A stretch of DNA of 64,000 bases from a plasmid. The stretch lies in sequence record NZ_CP099764.1. One strand, written 5' to 3'. Both the position numbers and the translations under genes were made by a program. The notes beneath the pieces were generated by a model. That model did not search any database, had not been told where the DNA came from, and saw nothing but the letters and a program-made list of their open reading frames with translations. Below are positions 21,571 through 35,018 of this stretch, in pieces. Each line of letters starts with the position of its first letter. Within the stretch, counting starts at the first letter, position 1.

Positions 21571-23004
21571 ATGTCTGAATTTGAATTACTGGCGCAGGAT
21601 CTGCTTGAGAAAGCAGAAGCGGAAGAACAACTGCGACAGGAAAATGATAAAAAGCTGCTCGGGCAGGTGCTGGAAATCTATGACCAGAAGTACGTGGCTG
21701 AACTGCTTAGAAAAGTTGGTAAAAATGAGTGGAGTCGCGAGACTCTTAATCGCTGGATTAATGGTAAGTGCTCACCTAAGACGCTGACGTCAGCCGAAGA
21801 GGAACTTCTACGAAAAATGCTTCCGGAAGCGCCTGCACATCACCCTAACTATGCCTTCCGGTTTATTGACCTGTTTGCTGGGATTGGAGGTATACGGAAG
21901 GGCTTCGAAACCATCGGTGGCCAGTGCGTTTTTACCAGTGAATGGAATAAAGAGGCTGTGCGCACATATAAAGCTAACTGGTTTAACGATGCTCAGGAAC
22001 ACACTTTCAATCTCGATATTCGGGAAGTCACGCTCAGTGATAAACCTGAAGTACCTGAAAACGATGCCTATGCTTACATTAATGAGCATGTGCCGGATCA
22101 TGATGTACTTCTAGCAGGTTTCCCCTGTCAACCGTTCAGCCTTGCGGGCGTAAGCAAGAAAAACTCGCTCGGGCGCGCGCATGGTTTCGAATGTGAGGCT
22201 CAGGGAACACTTTTCTTCGATGTGGCGCGTATTATCCGCGCAAAAAAACCTGCCATCTTTGTTCTTGAAAACGTTAAAAACCTGAAGAGCCATGACAAGG
22301 GTAAAACCTTTAAAGTCATCATGGATACCCTCGACGAACTGGGCTATGAAGTTGCGGATGCAGCTGAGATGGGCAAAAACGATCCTAAAGTTATCGACGG
22401 AAAGCACTTTTTACCTCAGCACCGAGAACGTATCGTTTTGGTCGGTTTCCGTCGTGATCTGAACATTCACCAGGGCTTTACCCTGCGCGATATTAGTCGT
22501 TTTTATCCGGAACAGCGTCCGTCATTTGGCGAACTGCTGGAACCCGTGGTTGACAGCAAATATATACTGACGCCGAAACTCTGGGAGTATCTCTATAACT
22601 ACGCCAAAAAGCACGCAGCTAAGGGTAACGGATTCGGTTTTGGCCTCGTTAATCCTGAAAATAAAGAAAGCATTGCCCGTACGCTTTCTGCTCGCTATCA
22701 CAAAGACGGGTCTGAAATTCTGATAGACCGTGGCTGGGATATGGCCACAGGTGAAACAGACTTCGCGAACGAAGAAAATCAGGCGCATCGGCCCCGTAGG
22801 CTGACTCCACGAGAGTGCGCGCGCCTTATGGGTTTTGAAAAAGTAGATGGCAGGCCTTTTCGCATTCCTGTGTCAGACACTCAGTCGTACAGGCAGTTCG
22901 GTAACTCCGTAGTGGTGCCCGTGTTTGAAGCCGTAGCCAAACTGCTTGAACCTTATATCCTGAAAGCGGTTAATGCCGATTCGTGCAAGGTTGAACGAAT
23001 CTGA
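21571..23004 (+). CDS. ecoRIIM: DNA cytosine-5 methyltransferase, Dcm/M.EcoRII-like (CCWGG-type), 477 aa
   Basis: Strong similarity to E. coli Dcm across motifs [42 protein letters not shown]; GGAGG RBS before ATG 21571. Confidence 0.85.
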   Translation: MSEFELLAQDLLEKAEAEEQLRQENDKKLLGQVLEIYDQKYVAELLRKVGKNEWSRETLNRWINGKCSPKTLTSAEEELLRKMLPEAPAHHPNYAFRFIDLFAGIGGIRKGFETIGGQCVFTSEWNKEAVRTYKANWFNDAQEHTFNLDIREVTLSDKPEVPENDAYAYINEHVPDHDVLLAGFPCQPFSLAGVSKKNSLGRAHGFECEAQGTLFFDVARIIRAKKPAIFVLENVKNLKSHDKGKTFKVIMDTLDELGYEVADAAEMGKNDPKVIDGKHFLPQHRERIVLVGFRRDLNIHQGFTLRDISRFYPEQRPSFGELLEPVVDSKYILTPKLWEYLYNYAKKHAAKGNGFGFGLVNPENKESIARTLSARYHKDGSEILIDRGWDMATGETDFANEENQAHRPRRLTPRECARLMGFEKVDGRPFRIPVSDTQSYRQFGNSVVVPVFEAVAKLLEPYILKAVNADSCKVERI

Positions 23005-23037
23005 TCGCTCCTCCCGGTATTTATGCCGGGAGATAAT

Positions 23038-23656
23038 CTATGGAATATCTGCGTAAAGCTCTGTCAGCTCAGCAATAAACGCACCTAGCGTCATTAGCTC
23101 AGCTCTCACCGCCTCCGGGTATTTTTTGTGCAGAGATGATGGCACGACCAATCTGACACCCGACTCCCGCATCTCCCGATATTGAGCCAGAGAAACTCCC
23201 TCCTGGAGTGTAAACAGATGCACCTGATGAATTTTATCGGCCTCATTCAGTATCTGACGCCAGCGATCCTTACAGGTAGTCTTGACTGCCAGCATGCGCA
23301 GATTTTCTACGGGAAACTCAGTATCGTGGTAAGCCCCTGCGGAAGGGAAAAGGAAATCGGGTTTTTTATTACCTTCTGTGATGGCCTGCGTCGAAAAGTG
23401 TCGCAGGCCGTGCTCAATGAATAGATGCTCCAGGTGCAGTTCCAGCGACTTCCCGGCTCTGGATTTACGGCGATTGCTGACAGAATTGGCCAGCGCAATA
23501 AATTCATCCACAGAGCCAAATCCTTTCCGGATGATATCCAGAACATGCAGTTCCTCAACCAATAGAAATATGTCGTACTCCACGCGCCGGCGGTCAAGAA
23601 GTTGCTCATCCGGATCAAGGGAATTTTTCACATAATGGCTGGCTGCATACTGAATA
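23038..23656 (-). pseudogene. ecoRIIR: EcoRII-like restriction endonuclease gene, C-terminal segment (interrupted at 23656 by ISEcp1 unit)
   Basis: Convergent with the Dcm-like MTase; reading frame continues across the 4.2-kb insertion into 27860-28130. Confidence 0.7.
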
Positions 23657-23842
23657 CCTAGATTCTACGTCAGTACTTCAAAAAGCATAATCAAAGCCTT
23701 GATAAATATGCATTCCTTCGAAATTCAGCTTTCACCCATTGGGTGAAAGAAAAGTGCTCAAAAATATGTTAAATTATCAGCTTTTATGACTCGATATATG
23801 GTAAAATAATAGTAAGAAAAGTAGTAAAAAGGGGTTCTAATT

Positions 23843-25105
23843 ATGATTAATAAAATTGATTTCAAAGCTAAGAATCTAACATCAAATGCAGGTCTTTTTC
23901 TGCTCCTTGAGAATGCAAAAAGCAATGGGATTTTTGATTTTATTGAAAATGACCTCGTATTTGATAATGACTCAACAAATAAAATCAAGATGAATCATAT
24001 AAAGACCATGCTCTGCGGTCACTTCATTGGCATTGATAAGTTAGAACGTCTAAAGCTACTTCAAAATGATCCCCTCGTCAACGAGTTTGATATTTCCGTA
24101 AAAGAACCTGAAACAGTGTCACGGTTTCTAGGAAACTTCAACTTCAAGACAACCCAAATGTTTAGAGACATTAATTTTAAAGTCTTTAAAAAACTGCTCA
24201 CTAAAAGTAAATTGACATCCATTACGATTGATATTGATAGTAGTGTAATTAACGTAGAAGGTCATCAAGAAGGTGCGTCAAAAGGATATAATCCTAAGAA
24301 ACTGGGAAACCGATGCTACAATATCCAATTTGCATTTTGCGACGAATTAAAAGCATATGTTACCGGATTTGTAAGAAGTGGCAATACTTACACTGCAAAC
24401 GGTGCTGCGGAAATGATCAAAGAAATTGTTGCTAACATCAAATCAGACGATTTAGAAATTTTATTTCGAATGGATAGTGGCTACTTTGATGAAAAAATTA
24501 TCGAAACGATAGAATCTCTTGGATGCAAATATTTAATTAAAGCCAAAAGTTATTCTACACTCACCTCACAAGCAACGAATTCATCAATTGTATTCGTTAA
24601 AGGAGAAGAAGGTAGAGAAACTACAGAACTGTATACAAAATTAGTTAAATGGGAAAAAGACAGAAGATTTGTCGTATCTCGCGTACTGAAACCAGAAAAA
24701 GAAAGAGCACAATTATCACTTTTAGAAGGTTCCGAATACGACTACTTTTTCTTTGTAACAAATACTACCTTGCTTTCTGAAAAAGTAGTTATATACTATG
24801 AAAAGCGTGGTAATGCTGAAAACTATATCAAAGAAGCCAAATACGACATGGCGGTGGGTCATCTCTTGCTAAAGTCATTTTGGGCGAATGAAGCCGTGTT
24901 TCAAATGATGATGCTTTCATATAACCTATTTTTGTTGTTCAAGTTTGATTCCTTGGACTCTTCAGAATACAGACAGCAAATAAAGACCTTTCGTTTGAAG
25001 TATGTATTTCTTGCAGCAAAAATAATCAAAACCGCAAGATATGTAATCATGAAGTTGTCGGAAAACTATCCGTACAAGGGAGTGTATGAAAAATGTCTGG
25101 TATAA
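23843..25105 (+). CDS. tnpA: ISEcp1 transposase (420 aa)
   Basis: MINKIDFKAKNLTSNAGLFLLLENAKSNGIFDFIENDLVFDNDSTNKIKMNHIKTMLCGHF... Confidence 0.95.
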   Translation: MINKIDFKAKNLTSNAGLFLLLENAKSNGIFDFIENDLVFDNDSTNKIKMNHIKTMLCGHFIGIDKLERLKLLQNDPLVNEFDISVKEPETVSRFLGNFNFKTTQMFRDINFKVFKKLLTKSKLTSITIDIDSSVINVEGHQEGASKGYNPKKLGNRCYNIQFAFCDELKAYVTGFVRSGNTYTANGAAEMIKEIVANIKSDDLEILFRMDSGYFDEKIIETIESLGCKYLIKAKSYSTLTSQATNSSIVFVKGEEGRETTELYTKLVKWEKDRRFVVSRVLKPEKERAQLSLLEGSEYDYFFFVTNTTLLSEKVVIYYEKRGNAENYIKEAKYDMAVGHLLLKSFWANEAVFQMMMLSYNLFLLFKFDSLDSSEYRQQIKTFRLKYVFLAAKIIKTARYVIMKLSENYPYKGVYEKCLV

Positions 25106-25164
25106 TAAGAATATCATCAATAAAATTGAGTGTTGCTCTGTGGATAACTTGCAGAGTTTATTAA

Positions 25165-26360
<1,196 letters not shown>

Positions 26361-26407
26361 TTAAGTATCATTGCAGCAAAGATGAAATCAATGATTTATC
26401 AAAAATG

Positions 26408-26438
26408 ATTGAAAGGTGGTTGTAAATAATGTTACAAT
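26408..26438 (+). promoter_or_regulatory. ISEcp1 outward promoter (-35 TTGAAA at 26408, -10 TACAAT at 26433) driving blaCTX-M
   Basis: Sequence motifs at ISEcp1 right end upstream of bla. Confidence 0.6.
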
Positions 26439-26565
26439 GTGTGAGAAGCAGTCTAAATTCTTCGTGAAATAGTGATTTTTGAAGCTAATAAAAAACACAC
26501 GTGGAATTTAGGTTAGACTATAAATAGAAAAAGGCGTTTTGACAGACTATTCATGTTGTTGTTAA

Positions 26566-27468
<903 letters not shown>

Positions 27469-27514
27469 TAGCGGAAACGGAATGGGGAAACTCATTCCGT
27501 TTTTGTTTATCGCC

Positions 27515-27871
27515 TTAGACGGCAAAAGCGCTGTCGCCCACCTGCGCTTGCGCATACCAGGCCATAAGCTCCGTGGTTCCTGGTTCTCCTTCCGCTGGCG
27601 CCCAGTGCGCATAGTCATCGGCAGCCACGGGTTGATAGCCACCGTGTTTTACTTCAAAAATTATGCCACCGGTATCCAGCGACAGCACGGCATGCCAGGT
27701 TCCTGCGGCCATCTCCAGCACCGTACAGGTTTCCCCCAATATCGCCCGATGGGTGACGGTACCCCGATCGTCAAAATTCAGCACCACGAAACGACCCCTT
27801 AATGGCAACAGTAGTTCGAAGGTGTGAGGGTGTCGGTGCGGGCGCACGTAGGTTCCTGGGAATAATTTCAC
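27515..27871 (-). CDS. wbuC: Cupin-fold metalloprotein WbuC (orf477) downstream of blaCTX-M; start may be non-ATG/truncated at the transposition-unit end
   Basis: MKLFPGTYVRPHRHPHTFELLLPLRGRFVVLNFDDRGTVTHRAILGETCTVLEMAAGTWHAV... Confidence 0.75.
   Translation of the reverse strand: MKLFPGTYVRPHRHPHTFELLLPLRGRFVVLNFDDRGTVTHRAILGETCTVLEMAAGTWHAVLSLDTGGIIFEVKHGGYQPVAADDYAHWAPAEGEPGTTELMAWYAQAQVGDSAFAV
27846..27859. repeat. Alternative ISEcp1 IRR-like sequence (acgtaggttcctgg) marking right end of the 4203-bp transposition unit; followed by TSD GAATA
   Basis: 10/14 match to inverted IRL; 5-bp GAATA present at 23652-23656 and 27860-27864. Confidence 0.6.
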
Positions 27872-28130
27872 TTCCCGACGGAAAGCGCAGGTGCCAGTCT
27901 TCAGGTAGAATATATTTATGATTTACTGGCGCTTGCTGTAGAGATAGTCCGCCTAGAATCTGTCCTGCGGGGCCGGATATAAGCGCTCCGGGTATAACTT
28001 CACCAATAGCGGTCTCAATGACGTCCTCTTCATCAGTGCTGGCGCATACCCAAATATTTACTTCCTTACAGTCCCCCCCTTGCTCATCAAGCTTGAAAGC
28101 TAGGAGCGTCAGAGCACCTGTATTTTCAGG
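27860..28130 (-). pseudogene. ecoRIIR: EcoRII-like restriction endonuclease gene, middle segment (continues 23038-23656 across the ISEcp1 unit; 5' part removed by IS26)
   Basis: Minus-strand frame ...PSGSEII joins ...QYAASHYVKNSLDPDEQ when the insertion plus one TSD copy is removed. Confidence 0.7.
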
Positions 28131-28950
28131 GGCACTGTTGCAAATAGTCGGTGGTGATAAACTTATCATCCCCTTTTGCTGATGGAGCTGCACATGAACC
28201 CATTCAAAGGCCGGCATTTTCAGCGTGACATCATTCTGTGGGCCGTACGCTGGTACTGCAAATACGGCATCAGTTACCGTGAGCTGCAGGAGATGCTGGC
28301 TGAACGCGGAGTGAATGTCGATCACTCCACGATTTACCGCTGGGTTCAGCGTTATGCGCCTGAAATGGAAAAACGGCTGCGCTGGTACTGGCGTAACCCT
28401 TCCGATCTTTGCCCGTGGCACATGGATGAAACCTACGTGAAGGTCAATGGCCGCTGGGCGTATCTGTACCGGGCCGTCGACAGCCGGGGCCGCACTGTCG
28501 ATTTTTATCTCTCCTCCCGTCGTAACAGCAAAGCTGCATACCGGTTTCTGGGTAAAATCCTCAACAACGTGAAGAAGTGGCAGATCCCACGATTCATCAA
28601 CACGGATAAAGCGCCCGCCTATGGTCGCGCGCTTGCTCTGCTCAAACGCGAAGGCCGGTGCCCGTCTGACGTTGAACACCGACAGATTAAGTACCGGAAC
28701 AACGTGATTGAATGCGATCATGGCAAACTGAAACGGATAATCAACGCCACGCTGGGATTTAAATCCATGAAGACGGCTTACGCCACCATCAAAGGTATTG
28801 AGGTGATGCGTGCACTACGCAAAGGCCAGGCCTCAGCATTTTATTATGGTGATCCCCTGGGCGAAATGCGCCTGGTAAGCAGAGTTTTTGAAATGTAAGG
28901 CCTTTGAATAAGACAAAAGGCTGCCTCATCGCTAACTTTGCAACAGTGCC
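28131..28950 (+). mobile_element. IS26 copy 2 (820 bp), direct orientation relative to copy 1
   Basis: IRs at 28131-28144 and 28937-28950; identical Tnp26. Confidence 0.95.
28194..28898 (+). CDS. tnpA: IS26 transposase Tnp26
   Basis: Identical to 5501-6205. Confidence 0.95.
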   Translation: MNPFKGRHFQRDIILWAVRWYCKYGISYRELQEMLAERGVNVDHSTIYRWVQRYAPEMEKRLRWYWRNPSDLCPWHMDETYVKVNGRWAYLYRAVDSRGRTVDFYLSSRRNSKAAYRFLGKILNNVKKWQIPRFINTDKAPAYGRALALLKREGRCPSDVEHRQIKYRNNVIECDHGKLKRIINATLGFKSMKTAYATIKGIEVMRALRKGQASAFYYGDPLGEMRLVSRVFEM

Positions 28951-29171
28951 CCTTTCAGCATGCCGGCTGATGTGACCGCATTCTGACTCCATGGCGTGTC
29001 ATTCGTGACGACACTGACCATTGACGGCGTTTCAAATACCGTGTTCTGATTTCCTGTCGCGACAACGGTGATTGTATCTTTAGCCATAGAAGAATGACTG
29101 GTCTCTGCCTGTAACCCTATCGGGAGTATGATTAATGTACAAATGACGTTTCTGATTACGTTCATATACAT
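28951..29171 (-). pseudogene. TonB-dependent outer-membrane receptor, N-terminal about 73 codons only (signal peptide + TonB box DTITVVA), truncated by IS26
   Basis: MYMNVIRNVICTLIILPIGLQAETSHSSMAKDTITVVATGNQNTVFETPSMVSVVTNDTPW... Confidence 0.5.
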
Positions 29172-29498
29172 GCGAAAATATATGTTAATATTGATATGTT
29201 ATAACATATCATTTTATTAATGCAACCCTGATCACGCAGCGTTCAGTGATAACCAGTGAATAGCGACTCTAATACCCGGTCGCTCTGCAATGTATCAGCG
29301 CCTGCGACCGATGCTATGGATATTGATTTTTCTACCGATAAAGAACCAGCAATACGGAATTTAGACTGGCCCCCTGAATCTCCAGACAACCAATATCACT
29401 TAAATAAGTGATAGTCGTAAGCGTAAAGCCAATGCCGTCTGTAACACCTGCTCCTTGCAGACTAAATTAGAGCTCCTTCTAAATTAGACGGAGTTCTA

Positions 29499-29936
29499 TT
29501 GATGGATAAACCTACAGACTGGCGCTCCGGAACCCGCCGGATATTTTCTAATGAATTTAAACTTCATATGGTTGAACTGGCTTCGAAACCAAATGCCAAT
29601 GTTGCACAACTGGCCCGGGAACATGGCGTTGATAACAACCTGATTTTTAAATGGCTACGCCTCTGGCAAAGAGAAGGACGTATTTCTCGTAGAATGCCTC
29701 CAACTATTGTAGGCCCTACAGTATCACAATCTTTTCCGGCCTCTCCGACTCTGGTTCCAGTGGAACTTATCGACACCCCGCGCTGTGCTACAGATGCTCC
29801 TGCTCCGGAGGCATTATCAGTTGCTTGTGCAGCTTCCTGCCATGTGGAATTCCATTACGGTAAAATGATGCTGGAAAATCCTTCACCAGAGCTGCTCACG
29901 GTGTTGATCCGTGAGCTGACCGGGAGGGGACGATGA
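29499..29936 (+). CDS. tnpA: IS66-family accessory protein TnpA (ORF1)
   Basis: HTH-containing 145-aa ORF typical of IS66 ORF1. Confidence 0.75.
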   Translation: MMDKPTDWRSGTRRIFSNEFKLHMVELASKPNANVAQLAREHGVDNNLIFKWLRLWQREGRISRRMPPTIVGPTVSQSFPASPTLVPVELIDTPRCATDAPAPEALSVACAASCHVEFHYGKMMLENPSPELLTVLIRELTGRGR

Positions 29937-30283
29937 TTTCACTCCCATCAGGTACCCGTATCTGGCTCGTTGCCGGCGTTACTGATATGCGTAAATCCTT
30001 CAACGGTCTGGGGGAGCAGATACAGCATGTGCTGGATGATAACCCCTTCTCCGGTCACCTGTTTATCTTCCGTGGCCGACGGGGAGACACGATTAAAATC
30101 CTGTGGGCTGATGCTGATGGTCTGTGCCTGTTCACCAAACGCCTTGAGGAAGGTCAGTTTATCTGGCCTGCGGTGCGTGACGGTAAGATATCCATTACCC
30201 GCTCGCAACTGGCAATGCTCCTCGATAAGCTGGACTGGCGTCAGCCAAAAACATCCCGCCTTAACGCACTGACAATGTTGTAA
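29933..30283 (+). CDS. tnpB: IS66-family TnpB (ORF2), 116 aa
   Basis: MISLPSGTRIWLVAGVTDMRKSFNGLGEQIQHVLDDNPFSGHLFIFRGRRGDTIKILWAD... Confidence 0.85.
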   Translation: MISLPSGTRIWLVAGVTDMRKSFNGLGEQIQHVLDDNPFSGHLFIFRGRRGDTIKILWADADGLCLFTKRLEEGQFIWPAVRDGKISITRSQLAMLLDKLDWRQPKTSRLNALTML

Positions 30284-30313
30284 AAAACTCCTGACCGCAT
30301 TATAAAAACGGCC

Positions 30314-31926
30314 ATGAGTCAGAAATACCTCATTCGCATCGCTGAGCTGGAAAGGCTGCTCTCTGAGCAGGCTGAAGCCCTCCGTCAGAAAGACCAGCAA
30401 CTGAGTCTGGTTGAAGAGACGGAGGCCTTCCTGCGCTCTGCACTGGCACGTGCCGAAGAAAAGATCGAAGAAGATGAACGGGAAATAGAGCATCTGCGGG
30501 CTCAGATAGAAAAACTGCGCCGGATGCTGTTCGGAACCCGTTCTGAAAAACTGCGTCGTGAGGTTGAACAGGCTGAAGCCCTGCTGAAACAACGTGAACA
30601 GGACAGCGATCGTTACAGTGGGCGGGAAGACGATCCTCAGGTTCCCCGCCAGTTGCGACAGTCGCGCCATCGTCGTCCGTTACCGGCACACCTTCCCCGT
30701 GAAATATACCGCCTGGAGCCTGAAGAAAGCTGTTGCCCGGAGTGTGGCGGTGAGCTTGATTATCTGGGGGAAGTCAGCGCAGAACAACTGGAACTGGTGA
30801 GCAGCGCCCTGAAAGTGATCCGCACAGAACGGGTAAAAAAAGCCTGTACAAAATGTGACTGCATCGTTGAAGCACCGGCACCATCCCGTCCGATAGAGCG
30901 TGGTATCGCGGGCCCGGGGTTACTTGCCCGCGTGTTAACGGGAAAATACTGCGAACACCTGCCACTGTATCGTCAGAGTGAAATCTTTGCCCGCCAGGGT
31001 GTCGAACTGAGCCGTGCCTTACTCTCCAACTGGGTTGATGCGTGCTGCCAGTTAATGACGCCGCTGAATGATGCCCTGTACAGTTATGTGATGAACACCC
31101 GCAAGGTTCACACTGATGACACACCAGTAAAAGTACTGGCACCGGGCAGGAAGAAGGCGAAAACAGGATATATCTGGACGTATGTCCGGGATGACCGAAA
31201 TGCCGGTTCGCCAGAACCTCCGGCGGTCTGGTTCGCCTACTCACCGGACCATCAGGGTAAACATCCGGAGCAACACCTTCGTCCCTTCCGGGTATCCTGC
31301 AGGCAGATGCGTTCGCAGGTTACGATCGGCTGTTCAGTGCCGAACGTGAAGGCGGCGCGTTGACGGAAGCAGGATGCTGGGCTCATGCGCGGCGCAAAAT
31401 CCACGATGTATATATCAGTACCAAAAGCGCGACGGCGGAAGAAGCACTGAAACTAATCGGCGAACTGTACGCCATTGAGCACGAAATACGCGGGTTGCCG
31501 GTGTCTGAACGCCTGGCGGTCAGGCAAATGCAGAGTAAACCGCTACTGACTTCCCTGTATAAGCTGATGCAGGAGAAAGAACACACGTTATCGAAAAAAT
31601 GCCGTCTGAGAGATGCGTTCCGGTATATCAGGAAGCACTGGGTTGCGTTGTGCAACTTCTGTGATGACGGTCTGGCGGAGGCGGACAATAACACAGCGGA
31701 AAGAGCGCTTCGTGCAGTCTGTCTCGGAAAGAAAAATTACGTGTTCTTCGGTAGCGATCACGGCGGCGAGCGTGGTGCACTGTTGTACGGGCTGATCGGC
31801 ACCTGCCGGTTGAATGGTATCGATCCGGAAGCGTATCTGCGCCATATCCTGAGCGTACTGCCGGAATGGCCTTCCAACCGAGTTGACGAACTCCTGCCAT
31901 GGAACGTAGTACTCACTAATAAATAA
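30314..31926 (+). pseudogene. tnpC: IS66-family transposase TnpC (ORF3) split by a -1 frameshift in a G-run near 31290 (two ORFs 30314-31363 and 31360-31926)
   Basis: Shifting +1 at ccttccggg|tatcctg restores ...HLRPFRGILQADAFAGYDRLFSAEREGGALTEAGCWAHARRK... continuous DDE transposase. Confidence 0.8.
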
Positions 31927-32055
31927 GCGTCAATACGGTGCTCCGTTGACGCTTACTATAGGAGCGTAAATTACCTACTATCAAATACTTACTCCAATAG
32001 CATTTCTGTCTATTCTATTTCAATTCTTTAATAGAAAAATAAGGTTAGATAATAT

Positions 32056-32328
32056 ATGACTCCCTCCCCCTATCCAAGAAATAACTTTAATACAGAGCTA
32101 ATTCAATCATGTATGAATGGAGAACACTTTTCACTTTTAATTGAAATATCACCAATCAGAAGTAAAAAAAACATCATGGCTCTTAAGGAGTATTTGGTTG
32201 ATGGTTATTCAAAGCAAGAAAGTTGTGAAAGGAACAATGTTTCCATTAGTTATTTTTGCCTATGCCTAAAAAAACTAAACTATGCACACAGTATTGTTAG
32301 TGCTCTTAAATATTTCTACCGTGAGTAA
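32056..32328 (+). CDS. PapB/FocB-family fimbrial-operon transcriptional regulator (90 aa)
   Basis: Similarity to PapB core (HFxLLIxISxIxS...AMKxYLVxGxS..E.CE). Confidence 0.6.
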   Translation: MTPSPYPRNNFNTELIQSCMNGEHFSLLIEISPIRSKKNIMALKEYLVDGYSKQESCERNNVSISYFCLCLKKLNYAHSIVSALKYFYRE

Positions 32329-32844
32329 ACTGTAACTGAAGTCTTGATTCTTACGCTTAGACACTGCTAAGCCGTTATGGCATAGCTGATAATTTATATT
32401 GCACTATGTCAGCTACTGTAAGATAATATAAGCTATTTTAAAGAAAACTCTGTCATTCATCATTTTGTTTAATGATAGGTTTTGTTATTAATATAAAAGA
32501 ACATGCTCATTCATTAAAATAAAAACAAGATGTTCTTTTATTATTTTCATTCCCTATGAGGTTAGTCCTTGATTCATTTTCAGTATCTTCTAACTCATTC
32601 ATTTGCCGATTACTTTAATTCACAGTCTTGTTTTTTATCCTGCCTATTAGAGATAAAAGTGGTATCGATGGATGCCGAGTGTGTTGCACATGCTGTATTC
32701 TCAGGAATAAGAACTGTCACTTCCAAAACACGCGATATATGATTGAATCTCTGTGGGGGGATAAAAACTTGCCTTTTTCCGCAGTCTGAAAACAGGATGG
32801 GGGCGACGGATGGTTACGCAGGCAAGGGCGAGGTTCGGAAATAA

Positions 32845-33096
<252 letters not shown>

Positions 33097-33419
33097 TAGC
33101 CAAGTCAAGTTCATCTTGCCATCACTATTTTTCCATACCGCATTACTATCTAATACAGTCGCACGAGCGGCCTTCTAATTTGAGGGTTTCGAGCCCTGAA
33201 GAGGCATATCCCATCGTTTTACAGATATTGCAGAAATTGGTACGCAATATGCTGCTTCTTCCTGGAGTTTCTTCCTGGTATTTGTATCGAAGTCTACATT
33301 AAGCAGGTCGAACTTCCAGCTTTCCCGATAAAACCTTATAATATCCTTGGGACAAAGGAGAATAAACTGGTTTGTCGTAAACATAGAAACAGCCTGCACA
33401 GAGTAATATTCCCCCGGTT

Positions 33420-34343
33420 TTATATTTTTTTACCCCATACTGCATTGGAAAAAAACTCCTCCGGATATTCACTTGTTTTAATAATGTAGCTATGTATTTT
33501 GAAGTCACTTATACCTGAGAGCTTAATAACTGAATGGGTAAAAATTACTGGTAATACGGTTATTTGAGTCGATATAACTAATAATATCATCAAGGATGCG
33601 ACAAATGCAGAACTAATTCTTTTAGAAAGTTTATGCTGTGGATTCATTTTTAGATAAATGAGGCCGGGAAGTATTGTCAGAATAAAAATAAAATATGACA
33701 TGAAAGCCAGTTCAGCTATCACTTTGAAATTAATACTCTTATCTGAAGTTTCAATATTCCTAAAAACCATCTCCAGTGGAATTACCTGAAGATGCACCAG
33801 TAAAGCAATAGACAACGGAATGACAAGATAGATCTGAACACGTCTCAACAGTTTCATTCTATTATTTTTAAACGATAAGTCATATTCAAGATACCTCGTG
33901 TTTATTATGGCTGAAATAACAACTATTAGTACTCCTATACTTAAAATAGATAACCAGCCAGAGTTATCTTTAACACTCTGGTCAAAATCAAATGCACAGT
34001 ATAACACGTATATAAAGGCCATGGGGAAGAGGCCAGATAACATCATTACAGATAAAAAATTACCCTGAATCTTATTGTAAGCAGGAAGATTTTTTATATC
34101 ATAAGGAATAACTATTGGTATAAAAAAAGATGTTATAAAAAAAATAAAAATGATCATAATCAATGATAGAATAGTTGTACAACAAACCAATACCAAGATG
34201 CTTTTAATATTCATCACATCAAAGAAAATATCAAGTCGATCCAGACGACTGAAATATCCCCAGAGAACTATCAACGCAATCCCTGATATAATACTTGATG
34301 GTGTTAATACTGAAACTATTAGCGTCTTCCACTTCTGATTCAT
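33420..34343 (-). CDS. Hypothetical polytopic inner-membrane protein (307 aa, about 8 TM helices), AT-rich; possibly Wzy/EpsG-like polysaccharide polymerase or an exclusion protein
   Basis: Long ORF in 28-30% GC DNA, highly hydrophobic with short loops; no motif recognised. Confidence 0.45.
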   Translation of the reverse strand: MNQKWKTLIVSVLTPSSIISGIALIVLWGYFSRLDRLDIFFDVMNIKSILVLVCCTTILSLIMIIFIFFITSFFIPIVIPYDIKNLPAYNKIQGNFLSVMMLSGLFPMAFIYVLYCAFDFDQSVKDNSGWLSILSIGVLIVVISAIINTRYLEYDLSFKNNRMKLLRRVQIYLVIPLSIALLVHLQVIPLEMVFRNIETSDKSINFKVIAELAFMSYFIFILTILPGLIYLKMNPQHKLSKRISSAFVASLMILLVISTQITVLPVIFTHSVIKLSGISDFKIHSYIIKTSEYPEEFFSNAVWGKKI

Positions 34344-35018
34344 TTTAACTTCCTGGTTTTGCTATAAAGAGAGCATAAAAAAGACTGAATAAGTTATTAC
34401 ACTTCATTGTTTGACTCCTCGCAGTAACCTTTCAGGAAGGTTGTCGGATATTTTTGATAAATTATGTCATAAACATATTATTGTAAGTAATGATTTCACT
34501 AAATTTATTTGATCGTCGTCATAATATTTTTAATCTGAATATAGAAGATGATTGTGTCATATGCAGTATGATATAAAACGTTAAAAGTGACTGAATAGAT
34601 AACAGTTCATGCATGAACAAGACCATAACATAACATAATAAAATATGCTTATTATGCATAACCTTATGTTGTGACTAAGCCGCCTTAAAACTGAGAAGTA
34701 GCTAAGAATATGGCGTCAGACACCTTCAGTTGTCGTAGAAGGTTATCTGCAGGATTTTTCTCCGTATCTGCCTGTTCCTGGCATTACCCCAATTCTCCCA
34801 AAAACGGCAAACCAGTCCTCAGCCCGCACCATGACTGGCTTAAGACAGGATCCCTGCGGCAAAACGCGCCTTTACGTATTTGGTTTTACCCGCAATAATG
34901 CGTGATAAGCAAACAAAAGGATCCGCGCGCTGCGATTTATTGTCGTGGAAGGATCCGGGCGTTCAGGTCAGAATACCTGTATCCATAAACAGTGCGTGTG
35001 CTACGTGAAAAATAACTC

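Larger units (their letters stand above)
29417..31956 (+). mobile_element. IS66-family element (about 2540 bp), imperfect IRs gtaagcgtaaagcc... / ...ccgttgacgcttac
   Basis: Three-ORF IS66 architecture tnpA-tnpB-tnpC; GTAAGCG termini. Confidence 0.8.

Noticed and set aside
28123-28958. Possible target-site duplication for IS26 copy 2 (ttttcagg vs cctttcag share tttcag)
   Set aside because: Not an 8-bp identity, and the two flanks lie in different genes, so the similarity is probably coincidental.
34344-35018. Possible FimB/FimE-type invertible promoter switch between the recombinase gene and the membrane-protein gene
   Set aside because: I looked for 9-14-bp inverted repeats spaced 200-400 bp apart and found only local palindromes (e.g. 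gttcatgcatgaac), not a flanking IR pair. No support from sequence alone.
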